Assembly: GCA_030141605.1 (NCBI GenBank)
Contig: JAQGDQ010000419.1
Coordinates: forward strand, 62,001 to 126,000
Direction of reading: 5' to 3'
Source of the DNA: Tubiluchus corallicola
Lineage: Eukaryota > Animalia > Priapulida
DNA length: 64,000 nt
Shown here piece after piece: positions 42,787 to 55,900 of the stretch (position 1 is its first letter; the number at the start of each line of letters is the position of its first letter). The position numbers and the translations under genes are program-made. The notes below the pieces were generated by a model. The model made no database searches. It was not told the origin of the DNA and saw only the letters and a list, made by a program, of their open reading frames with translations.

Positions 42787-43049
42787 AGTCTTGCAACGCG
42801 GTGGTCTTCTGTACAGTCTTGTTCGAGTGTCGATTAAGTTATGCACTCGATTCTGTATATTAATGCCAAAATTATGTAGATTTGTTTGTGAGTGGCATCG
42901 TCTGTTTGCATTCATACGTGGTGAAGCGTTTTTCGTTCAACATTCTTCGACCTACTGGATCTTCTTCAGTTACGGAGAATGAATAGTCACTCGTGTAATT
43001 TCACTGTTGATGAAATGTAAAAATTTTATTCATAGTGTAAGTTAATGAA

Positions 43050-43055
43050 AATAAA
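43050..43055 (+). terminator. Candidate STAG polyadenylation signal
   Basis: AATAAA followed by GT/T-rich sequence (tttgcgttgtttgtg), about 1 kb after the stop; more distal sites are possible. Confidence 0.35.
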
Positions 43056-45049
43056 GTCGTGTTGCTTTATTTATCTCAACTTTGCGTTGTTTGTGAACGT
43101 CTGATGAGCTTGTCCTTGCTGTCATAGATAACACCTGTTAATTTCTGTACTGCTAGTCTGTTGTCTAACTGGTGAAATTTGAATCACGTGCAGGATTCCG
43201 GTTCCAGCATTTTTCAGCCCAAAAGTAGTTTTTTTCACATGGAAGAATACTGGTTATGCAGGTATTCATTTAATTTTAAATTTCTCTCTTCAATTTCTGA
43301 GTTAGCAAAGCTTGTACGCATTTTTTCTCAATATACTTTATTTTCTGCTTGTTATCGTATTTGTACGTGAAATGTACCGTGTCTATGTTGTACATAATTA
43401 TGAAATATAATTAACTAGTTGTTGTGTCTAATTACTATTGTCTTGAATTCCTAATTTATTGAGTGTTTTGCTGTTGTTTATGATTTTCTAAGACACATGA
43501 GCAGCTTGCCGTATGGCCAGCTGTTTTAATTTTCTCCGAGGTCTGAATAATATAGCTTTTATAAAGCTGCACACTTGGTTAGTTAAAAGATGCTTTGAAA
43601 AAACCAGCTTCATGGTGGAGTTATACGTGCTAATGCTTACAGGCACGAACTTCTTTTTATAGTGGTTCATACACGCGTAAGATGTAAATTGCATCTTTTT
43701 TGCAGCATAAAAATCTTATGAAAATTCAAAAGTATGAAAAAATATACGCACAAAAGCTAAAACCACATTTCTAAATCATACGCCCAGTAACCTTGTGTAA
43801 AATGTCACAGCAGATGACAAACTCTACAAGAATCTGTAGTATTCAATTTAGTATTCAATTTTGTGAAAAAAACTGCTTAAGTTCTGTTTCTGTGTATCTG
43901 TTGTGCAATTACTTTGCTTAATCAGTAACACTACCACTAATTTTGACTAGGTTTGTACAGCTCTAGCACTGAAGTTTCTGTAAGTAGAGCAATTCTAATG
44001 TAGCTTGTTGTTGTTGAGGTTCGCATGTGTTTCGGTCTGATGATTGTAAATAATTATATTCAATTGCACGGATGTAAGTACCATGCATGTGCAAAGAGAG
44101 AGAGAGAATGCTAACCTCATCCAAAAAGTGAAGCAACAAGCAGCACTTGAGTGTTTCACTTTTGAAACGTTCGTTGTGCTAGCTCTCTTCACACACTTGG
44201 CTTTTAGATCTATCACTCAGTCATGTATTTAATAATTCCTGTTAGTTCACGATTTATGAAATGTGACAACGTGCATTTATCAAGAATTATTTTAACGTTT
44301 GTTGTATGCAGATGATGTCATTCTATTACTTGGTGTATGCAGATGACATTGCTTTATTTCTTGGTTACTTGATATATGCAGATGTCTTTTATTCCTAGCA
44401 AAACAAATATTGTAATTTCTTTTATATTTCTGCCAGTGAACTAATTTAATATTGCAGTGTTTTGTAAAAAATGGACATACAAAAGAACAGAAGTAGCTAC
44501 ATAATGGCATTAGGATTTATTGTCTGTATTTCTACTGTATAAAGTAAAGTTTTGTTAGCAACAGTTATTGGTTACATCGGCATCTTTTTTTATCTATTTA
44601 TCGTCTCGTGAACCTTTAATTTTAGTTTGTCAGATTACATAGTTGTCATTCCTCAGAGAGGAATAATGTGCAAATGTGCCGTATGTTCAACAAACATTAT
44701 TGTCTGAGAGAAAATTAGGTTGTACTGTGGTGAAATATGGCTGTCGTTGTTGTAGTGTCATGTGGATAAAATCAAGACAGCTTATAAGATGTTTTAAAGT
44801 CGTAATTATTTATTGCGTTACTCAACTATCAGCACGTTTTTTTTCAATTTGTCGTCTTTTGTAGCTATCAGTAATTATTTTGTATAAAAATTCTCGTAAA
44901 TTTCAATACTAGTTTCACTGTATTGTCTTTTTTTACATTAGTGTATTTGTTGTTAAATATAAGTATCGATTTTGTCAATGAATTACTAAAAAATATAAGA
45001 CGGAACACAAAATACTAGACGCAACAGTTTCTATACAGACTGTGTATAC

Positions 45050-45055
45050 TTTAAT
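45050..45055 (-). terminator. Candidate USP9X polyadenylation signal
   Basis: ATTAAA on the minus strand followed by GT-rich tgttgcgtctagtattttgtgtt; strand T/A skew flips near 45000. Confidence 0.3.
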
Positions 45056-46956
45056 ACAAAGCTGAAACTCAAAACAGGAAATCGTACAATATACAGCATT
45101 TTATAAAATTATAATTTAAGCAGGTAATAATTGTACATTGATCATTTTTTACATTATAAAGTAAGCAGTAGTCACTGGTGTATGAAGAAACAATAAAAAT
45201 TAAAACAATGAAGCAGAGTGAATTTATCTTAAGCTCAAAGTTGTCTATAAAGAGCTATGCAACAGACAACACTGCAAAAACAATCACAAGGAGACAATAC
45301 AATATTGCTATCACTGTAGTTAAGCATGGTTCACACTGTCGAATGATACCTAGTGCAAACAAAAAAATCGTACGCGAGTCGGGAGAAAGATTATCGTTAG
45401 TTGTACTACGTATATTTATATCTATATAAACAGTCAATTAAATAAATGCCTTTAAAGATTACTTTTATATATTATTCACAAACTTTGCACAATAATTTTA
45501 TACCCACGAGCTGTCGCCGTTTCTGCTGCGCCCGAACTCTGCAACATCTAAGTGTTTATATTTATTAGTAAACAAGAAAAACCGACTAATTAATAAGAAC
45601 TAATTTACAATAATTAATTTACGGACAACAGCATGTGCGACGTGTTTTCGACGCACAAGATACGGATAGTATAATGACCTATATAATATTTTTATAATTA
45701 TAAATACAGTTGTTAGTTAATTAGGCCAACTTTTGGCATTATATTGGTTTGGCTAAACACAGTCTTCTCTCATATCAGTAAATTAGCACTAGTTACTCTC
45801 TATGTCGATTAAAAAATACAATGTATATAATGCAATGCGAAAACTCTCGGTCTAGGTACTCTGGAAATTTTTCTAAAAATTTAATTCTTAAACAACTGAA
45901 TGAGACTCTGATGAATTGCCAGGTTTAATTCTTTTTTACATTCTTTCCATTACGCTCATTTGAGTGGTAACATTGCTTCAATTAGACACTGTAGGTAATT
46001 ATATCTACACTCAACTTACATTAAAGTTTTTAGCTTAGCTCAATTGCAAACCAGTTTGGTACAGCAGCGGCCTATCAAATTTATTTTTCAAAGTCGTCAT
46101 TGACAAAATTTTACAGACAACTTTTTGAGTTCGTAGGTGTGAACGTGAGAACCTGCAGACGTCACTTTAGACGCACACCAAGGTTAGAGTTTCAGAGCCT
46201 TTGACTATTCGACACTTGGACATTTTCTTAATGTCACGGAATCAATTGGACATTTTTGTAATGTCTATTCCTTTTTGTAATAGAAGCCGCTATTGGTTTT
46301 CATAATATCTTAGCAACGTGTCGGAATACGTACGTACAGTACTGCATTTTCATAAGAAACAACTGTCAGGTGAGAATACAACTGAATAATATCAGTCACT
46401 GTCAAACAATACTATGTGAAACAATGTTGACTAGGGTCTGTAACTTGTGTACACACATTATCCAAATCCACATATTCTATAGGTGCTCGTTAGAAAGATT
46501 ATTAAACTTTTACTAATTAATATATAGTTATACGACTAAAGGCCGATCTTTAAAATACTTTACAAATGTATCACAAGCCTCATTTACTAATTTACCACAG
46601 ATTACAGCCAGCAGAAAGTGACGCATCGGACACCAATTCGCCATTTTACCATCGGATGCTTAACTGCCCAATTGTTAAATAAAAGGTCTACTATCTCAGC
46701 GTAATTAATTCTGAACAAAATTTTCGCGTTTCGTCCACGAGTTTTGTGAAATTCACAAAAGATGGCAGACTAAGCAGTGTTTATTTCACACGGACATTTA
46801 ACAACTCTTCCTGCTCAATAAGTTATGTTTATCACTACCTCACCAACTTGCTTGAATACCGGACTTCTTTTTCATATGACTTGTTAAAGTGATTCTAATG
46901 TAAAATGCATCAATAAAAGCTTTTTGTTGAGTTAATGTTTCTAGGCTTCACAACCG

Positions 46957-49900
46957 TTAGTACTTCTCCAGTCCGTTGCCGGCGGTTACCGTATTCGTGC
47001 TGGTAGTGGGAGATGAGGCGGTGCTTGTTGTGGCTGCCGATTTGTCTTCGGATGGAGCGAAGACCACCTCCCGCTTTTCTTCTTCTGTGGAAGCAAAAGA
47101 AACCTGCGGTCCTTCTGTGGAAGCAAAAGAAACCTGCGGTTTCTGTTTAATGTAGCCGATGTAGCCGCTTGTGCGTGGCTCTTGCTCGTTATTCTAGAGA
47201 CCAAAATAACAATGTTAATCAAGATAAAGTAAGAAATTCAAATGTTCTTCAGACAAATTCATAGTCACACGATCATTAAATTCACAAATTCTTAGTAAGA
47301 AATTTGCTTATAATGTAGTTTCATTTTAACCTGTAATTGGAACTGGCCGGTATCAGATATTTTCACTGACTCGTCGGGTTGTGGGCTCTCACCCTCGTCC
47401 GTCATTTCTGGTTCCTCGGGTTCCTAGAAAAAGAAGCAAATTAAAATGTTAATTTAATAAGAAATAACGTGGCAGAACATTCACTGAGCATCTGACATTA
47501 CACAAAGCACGAGAATCATTTCACCAAACTCAGCAGAAGAGTCACATCTCTCCATACTGCCTACTTTGAAACTGCAAAAGTTTGCATTAAGCGAATTTGG
47601 CATTATAACAATGTGCATTAATACATACATGTCGATGCAAACAGACATTTTGTTTTGCTAAAAATTTGGGCATTAAGCAAGGTTGGCATTATAAGAGTCC
47701 TATAAAGTTCGACTGTATTTAAAGAACTCAATGCCTGTGAATCATTTTACAGACATAACCCGTTAGCCAGATATAAGCCACAATTATTATTATTTATTAC
47801 CATTTTCTCGTAAATTATGATTTCAGAAAACTTTAATTATTTACTACCATCCTAAGTGGATAATATGGCACATTACATTTTTAGAATAGTTTATTTTTGA
47901 TCAAGGTATATCAAGTGCATTTTTCAGCATCACGAGAAAAGTTTTGGCACTTACGACGGTGTCATCATTCGATAATAATGAAAGAAAGTATTATACGATT
48001 AAGCACATTCTAAAAAAATCGTTGTTACCGCATTTCCACTACTTGAAATTGAGATTACAGGACAGTCATCGAAGACTTAGAGAATGCGTTTTTTCTGTGT
48101 TTGATAAGCGTATAACTATTTCTAAATCTTCACAATGTAATTACAGTCAAGCCACTTTACACTATCTACATTTCATACAAAAAATCTAGCATTAAGTGAA
48201 TATGGCATTATAATAAGGTGCATTAATACGTCGATGCAAATACAGATATTTCCTTTTTGCTAAAAATTTGGGCGTTACATGTGGTTTGGCAATGTAATAA
48301 AGTTTGACTGTAGTTCCAAAACTTCCCACTAGGTGGTTGGCATTATAACAAGGTTTGACTGTAGTTCCAAAACTTCCCACTAGGTGGTTTGGCATTATAA
48401 CAAGGTTTGACTGTAGTTCCAAAACTTCCCACTAGTGAGCAGATGCTGTGTTACCTCATCGGGACACAATTCGTAGGCCTTGTCCAGTGTCTGTTTTGCG
48501 CTGTGTGATCTTTCTAGGAAGTAACCATTAGAAGTCTCATTTGATTGTGCTGGAGGCGACCAGTTATTGTACGGGTACTGCGTGCTGCCAGAAAATGGTC
48601 TCTGCAAAACCAAGAAAAAAAACGTGAAGCGAAAAAAGGTCATAACACAATTACGGAAACAACATTATTATTGAGCGACGATCGTTTTGGCTACTGAAGC
48701 CATTATCAAACTACAGATCAAGCCAAAAAGAAAAATAAATAATACATTAATGATACAAAGGCATAAATTGAAACTACAAAACAGCTGATTAGAATTCAAC
48801 TTATCAAAATAAACGAGGTTGTAATGGAAGAAATTGCAGAGAAATGTATAAAATTTTACCTAATACATGAGAGCGAAAAAGCACATAAAAGGTAAACGGT
48901 TAATCCAAGTCTGCATAATGAAGAACGGCAGCAGTAAGCATTATGAGAATAAAATACAACTTCCACATCACATTTTTCTGCAATTCTTCCTTTACAACTT
49001 AGTTTATTTTGATAAGTTAAATTCTAATCTGTTTGTGTCATTCAAGTGTTATTTATTTTTCTTTTTGGTTTGACTCATAATTTGATTATGGCTTCAATAG
49101 CCAAAACGCTCAATAAACATGTTGAATCCTAGAAGCTGCTCTTATGTGTAAATTATGGAAAATTTCTAAAGCAGCGCAGAAAAATGTAGAACAACCATGC
49201 TTAGTGCTTACCATTTCTAGTTCATCGTTCAACCACTCTACTGAACGTGCTTAGTGCTTACCATTTCTAGTTCATCGTTCAACCACTCTACTGAACACGC
49301 TTAGTGCTTACCATTTCTAGTTCATCGTTCAACCACTCTACTGAACGTGCTTAGTGCCCACCCTTTCTAGTTCATCATTCAACCACTCTACTGAACACGC
49401 TTAGTGCTTACCATTTCTAGTTCATCGTTCAACCACTCTACTGAACACGCTTAGTGCTTACCATTTCTAGTTCATCGTTCAACCACTCTACTGAACACGC
49501 TTAGTGCCCACCCTTTCTGGTTCATCGTTCAACCACTCTACTGAACACGCTTAGTGCCAACCCTTTCTAGTTCATCGTTCAACCACTCTACTGAACACGC
49601 TTAGCGCTTACCCTTTCTAGATCATCGTTCAACCACTCTACTGAACACGCTTAGCGCTGACCCTTTCTAGTTCATCGTTCAACCACTCTACTGAACACGC
49701 TTAGCGCTGACCCTTTCTAGTTCATCGTTCAACCACTCTACTGAACACGCTTAGCGCTTACCGTTTCTAGTTCATCGTTCAACAACTCTACTGAACACGC
49801 TCAGCGCTTACCCTTTCTAGTTCATCGTTCAACCACTCTACTGAACACGCTTAGCGCTTATCCTTTCTAGTTCATCGTTCAACCACTCTACTGAACATGC

Positions 49901-52900
49901 TTAGAGCTTACCCTTTCTAGTTCATCGTTCAACCACTCTACTGAACACGCTTAGCGCTTACCCTTTCTAGTTCATCGTTCAACCACTCTACTGAACACGC
50001 TTAGCGCTTATCCTTTCTAGTTCATCGTTCAACCACTCTACTGAACACGCTTAGTGCTTAACATTTCTAGTTCATCGTTCAACCACTCTACTGAACACGC
50101 TTAGCGCTTACCCTTTCTAGTTCATCGTTCAACCACTCTACTGAACACGCTTAGTGCTTACCCTTTCTAGTTCATCGTTCAACCACTCTACTGAACACGC
50201 TTAGCGCTTACCCTTTCTAGTTCATCGTTCAGCCACTCTACTGAACACACTTAGCGCTTATCCTTTCTAGTTCATCGTTCAGCCACTCTACTGAACACCC
50301 TTAGTGCTTACCCTTTCTAGTTCATCGTTCAACCACTCTACTGAACACGCTTAGTGCTTACCCTTTCTAGTTCATCGTTCAACCACTCTACTGAACACGC
50401 TTAGTGCTTACCCTTTCTAGTTCATCGTTCAACCACTCTACTGAACAAGCCCACTTTCTCTTTAGATCACCGTGACTCTGCAGTAAGGAGTAAGCCGTCG
50501 GGCAGTTTGAAAATAGCGCCACCATGCACTTAATGCACTGATATGCTCGCTTCTGGTAATGATTCTTGGATCTGTGTATCGTGTCAAACAGACCGTCTCG
50601 GTCATCTGGAATGCCTGTAAGAGAACGAATAGCGGCTGTGTTAAACACAACACATTGAAACTGCTGACTAACGGTCAAGTTTGCTTGACAAGACATAACC
50701 ACGAAGACAGAAAAATCTTTGTGATAAGGATCAGGTAATGAGCCATTTGTTTAACCAAGCTGCCCTACTTTTGAGAAAAAATATTAAAAACACGACGTTT
50801 AATTCAATTCAATTCAAAATTTTTATTTGTCTCTCTCAATAGGTTACAAAGCTTTTGAAATTAAAGTCAGTAAATTACATTAACAAAACAGAGATGGGGT
50901 GGCAAAGGACCAGTGGTCATCGAGCAGCCACCCCTTTATGAATATGTTATGTTTCGATTCCACGGCTTTTTTAATTTAATAATATGAATATGTCATGTCA
51001 ATTATTTTTGCTACTGTGTGTTGTGGATTTAATATTGTCTGACGAAACAGCAACTAAATTTCTGCAAATAAGATTAACCAATTTAGAAGTTTATGGTGAG
51101 TATTAGTCTTCACAAAAGAAGCTGAAAAAAGGTGAATGGATTTTTCCACAGTTCAACGCGCTACAAGTTGAAATTCAGCATCAGCAACAGAGCCTACTTA
51201 ATGTAGATGCTTGTAGCAGAATCGAGCTCAATCTAATTATCTCTAAAATTCACTTGCCAATCAGCACAGGCATCTCAGCCATAATTGCTTAACTACATCC
51301 TCCCACGAATGGGTAAAACCTTTGAGTATGTGGCTAATTAGGTCATTCATAAATAGTTTTTCCAGACAGCCAGCAATCTATTTACTGCTGAAACTCAGCA
51401 TGGCTTAACTTCAGTAGCAAAGCCCCTGACATGACCATTCACACTCTTCAGTTAGTGAGATCAAAACAAGTTTTCCATTACTTGACTCGCATTTGTAAAA
51501 TCACTCAAACGGTTAGTTGCTACGTTACAAATAAACAAACACATAAATTGATAGAAAAGAATTTCTTCTCTTATTGTCAGTAATAGTTAACAGAGATTAA
51601 TTTCAATGCTGCATGAAATCACTTTCAGACAGGAAAAAATGAAGACTCCACAAGATGGGAATTGAACCTATGCCTTCTGATAGCCAGTGAAAAGTGACAG
51701 TTATACCATGGGGGTGTTTTTAAGCAAACCCTTAAGCCATTGATTGTAACAAAGTTGGAAACCTACCCTTTAAAGCATTGTGTATCCGATGCGTCTGCCA
51801 GGAATCTTCTAATAATAACATATACAGCAGTAAGTCGAGATAAGGTCTCAACTCGTACGTATAAGAATATGCTATCTGCCACAGCAGTTCACTGAGCACT
51901 ACAGAAGAAAATCCGGGGTTTTCCCAACAGCAAAACTGAAACACAAATATACAAAACGTAAATACAGTTGTAGAAGTATGTAGTATAAATAGTGAGATAT
52001 TCTTCCCAATAGCACAGCTGCAATGTCTATCAAACTGACCATGTTTTTTATACTCTAGCATCAGTTTATTTAGTAGTTACAAAAAATAAGTTTACTTCTG
52101 TATATCATTAAGTTTAATTTGACGAGCGACCTTGGTTTTCCAAAAAAAATTACATTTTATGAGCAATCAACAAAGAAACCCACAATTAAAACAAGGATTT
52201 AATTGTTATAATTAAGGGATTTCTTTCATTAATTATCGCTATTCCCGTCATTAAGAATTGCGCTTGTGTTATTTTAACTGCAATATACCGGGTGGCGCAG
52301 AAAAAAGTGTGCTGAAATTTAGACTACAATAACATTAGTACAAGTAGCAAACAATGTTGAAATTTCACAGCAAGATAGTCGTATACATTAACTTTTGGCT
52401 GCGAAAGTTACAAGTTTATAGCTTTAATTGCTTTTCAAGCTACAGCCAAAAAACTTTTGCACATAAAATTAAATCATAGAACAATGTCAGTTAATTAACT
52501 GAAGAACAGCCACAATGACATCATTCAATACACGATAGCAGAACAATAAAGAATCAGTCAGTTTGCATCAAGCTCTTCATGACAGAAAATAAAGCACCTA
52601 TGAAGATTTATAGTCAAATATGATAATTTTCAAGCGATTCCATTATTTATTTTCATGTAACATAACAATCAAAATCTCGGCACATTTTTTGCACCAGCCT
52701 GTGTTTGAATAAAACGGATGTTCATTTTTTTAAATTTATTTCACTAACAGACTACAAAACTTATTTTCAAACTACGTACATCAGAAACTAATGTTTTCAA
52801 ACTAAAGTACATTTTCCGAACGCAATTTAAGCGCAAATCTGTAACATTAACCATGGGAAAGTTGCTCTTGCATTCCTTATGATTGCTGTCTGACTGGTTG

Positions 52901-55900
52901 ACTTGCATAAACAACACAAGTTTGACTTTATTAGTATTACACTAAGCGATGAAAACATGAATCCCTGAAACTGTTTCGGTGGCATTAAAATGTATCGTTT
53001 ACAAGCCACTTACCCTTAGCAACTTGACCGTGTCCTCAGAATTGTTTGCGTCTTCTATAATTTTCTTTACATAGCTGGTTCTATTATATAACAGCTCAAC
53101 AACCTGAGGCTGGATTGGCACGATGGGTTGCAGACACATGTGGTCGCCGTGCGGATTGGGAAATGGCGGGTTGCCCTAAAGCAAAACAAAGTTCAAGTAC
53201 AAGCGTAACAATATCAGTCAATGAAAGTAGTGCGTATCATAACAAAAGTAGCACATATCACCAGTAAAAGTAGCACACATGACCTGTAAAAGTAGTATGT
53301 ATCACCAATAAAAGTAGTATGTATCACCAATAAAAGTAGTATGTATTACAATAAAAGTAGTATGTATTACAATAAAAGTAGTATGTATTACAATAAAAGT
53401 AGTATGTATCACCAATAAAAGTAGTATGTATCACCAATAAAAGTAGTATGTATTACAATAAAAGTAGTATGTATCACCAATAAAAGTAGTATGTATCACC
53501 AATAAAAGTAGTATGTATCACCAATAAAAGTAGTATGTATCACCAATAAAAGTAGTATGTATCACCAATAAAAGTAGTATGTATCACCAATAAAAGTAGT
53601 ATGTATTACAATAAAAGTAGCACATATCAGCGATAAAAGTAGTAGGTATCACAATAAAAGTAGTAGGTATCACAATAAAAGTAGTATGTATCACCAATAA
53701 AAGTAGTATATATCACCAATAAAAGTAGTAGGTATCACAATAAAAGTAGTACGTATCACCAATAAAAGTAGTACATATCATCAATAAAAGTAGTGCGTAT
53801 TACAATAAAAGTAGCACATATCAGCGATAAAAGTAGTAGGTATCACAATAAAAGTAGTATGTATCACCAATAAAAGTAGTATGTATCACCAATAAAAGTA
53901 GTATGTATCACCAATAAAAGTAGTTCGTGCCGCCCGGGAAAGTAAGTTTGTGCAAAGCTGTGTGCACCCACTAAAGTAGTTTGAATCACCCATGAAAATC
54001 TATTGTCCACTTTACGACTATCTTTACAACTATACCTATTGTTCTAATGAACACCAGAAACAAATTCACGCATACTGCTGCAACCCGTAGAAGTATGAAC
54101 ACTCAGAAATGTTCAAACATCTTACCGGTATGCTAGAAGTCATCCTTGAAGATACATCACAGCAGCGTACCAATTGTGAAACCACCTGGTACAGTTTACC
54201 CAGCTCGGCATACTGGTATTTAATCGGCGGTCCGGGACCTTCGTCTAAAGCGACTTGCATGAATGTGCTTGGCACACTGAGTTTAATTAATTGAGTTCTC
54301 TGTAACAGATAATGAATACTGTAGAGTTGTCAAAGGAAAGAGACTGCAGCTGGTGGCATAGCAACCAGGGGGAGCAGGGGGGCAGGGGGAGCACGGGGAG
54401 CAAGGAGAACTGGGGGAGCAAGGGGAGCAGATTTTCAAACAGCTGAAACCTTTTCAAAACATTTTAACTCTTCATTTCACTTATGCAATAAAAGTTGAAT
54501 TTTTTTTATTTTTTAATTGCATGGCCTTAGAAGAATTTTCTAGAGTCATTACTTTATTTATGCACTTCCTTTAAAACTGTATCTTCTTCATGTTTTGATT
54601 TTAAACACAAAATTAAAATGTATAATAAATGCATTAAAAATCGTTTGGTATTTGTCACGGTGCCTGTTTTAAGTGCTTGCTGCCCCTAACTTTAGAACCT
54701 GGCTACGCCCCTGTCACGGTGGCTGTTTTAAGGGTTTGCTCCAACTAACTTTAGAACCTGGCTACGCCCCTGCCACGGCACCTGTTTTTAGTGTTTGCTC
54801 CCCCTAACTTTAGAACCTGGCTACGCCCCTGTCACGGTGGCTGTTTTAAGTGCTTGCTCTCCCTAACTTTAGAACCTGGCTACGCCCCTGACCGCAGCAA
54901 CACACACTGCCCTTGAACACATGTGCTCTGCAGCTCAGAATCTGATTCAAATCAAAAAAATAAATAAAAATTCAAGTAAAACAACATTGTAATCCACACG
55001 GCATAATAGCAGTTTCCGAAAGATGCAAAAAACTGTGGAAAATTTCAAAATTGTGAAAACTTTTCTTGTCCATTTTTACATCTTGACAAATGCATTACTA
55101 AAGAGCATAGAAGACGTTACTTACTTCTGGCAAACCCAGTGAAGCGTAGGTGAGAAACAGGCTAAAATACTGCGATAAATGTCGACTGTGTTCCGATACT
55201 TCACGCTTCAGCAGAGCCAACGTGGCCGTCAAAATGTGATCACTCAATGTGGCGTTAATTTCTTGATCTGCAAGATAAGCAAGTAAAATTGGAGTGACAA
55301 GCTTCCAGGAAGAAAGGGTTTTTTGTGACTGTCTTCCAGATAAATGAAAGTGCAATGTCCTACTGTACAAACATTAAACAGATAAATTTAAACAGGTCAT
55401 CAATGCCTTACTGTAGTGGGTACAAAGGCCCTTCTTGGTTTTGACTTTTCAATTACTGACATGGTGCTGCCATCTGTTTATTTATTGACTAATTAATTAG
55501 TTTATTATAGTAGTCACTCTTCTAAAATTGAAGCACCTCAATATCCTTTAACACATTAGCATTTTACTCTTTCGTGAGCTAGCTATAGTTATATGGCATT
55601 ATTCCTGTCTATGGATCTCTCCGCCATTGCTCTGCTTTTCTTAGAAATCATGACTGTCAATTCCTTATGAATTTATTACTGTTTATAAAGTCTATTTGGA
55701 GTTCTCATTCCTGTCTAGTAATTGTTCAAGGTTCCAACAATGTAAGTCTTCACTAATTAATTTCAATAATATGGTTTATTAAAGTCAGTTCTTAGTTATA
55801 ATCATACAAACAATTCTCTTCTACTGTTTACAGTCGCTACAAATTAAACCGAATTTTAATAATCGTATTTCAGAATAGAGAAACTTTTGATGGACACGTT

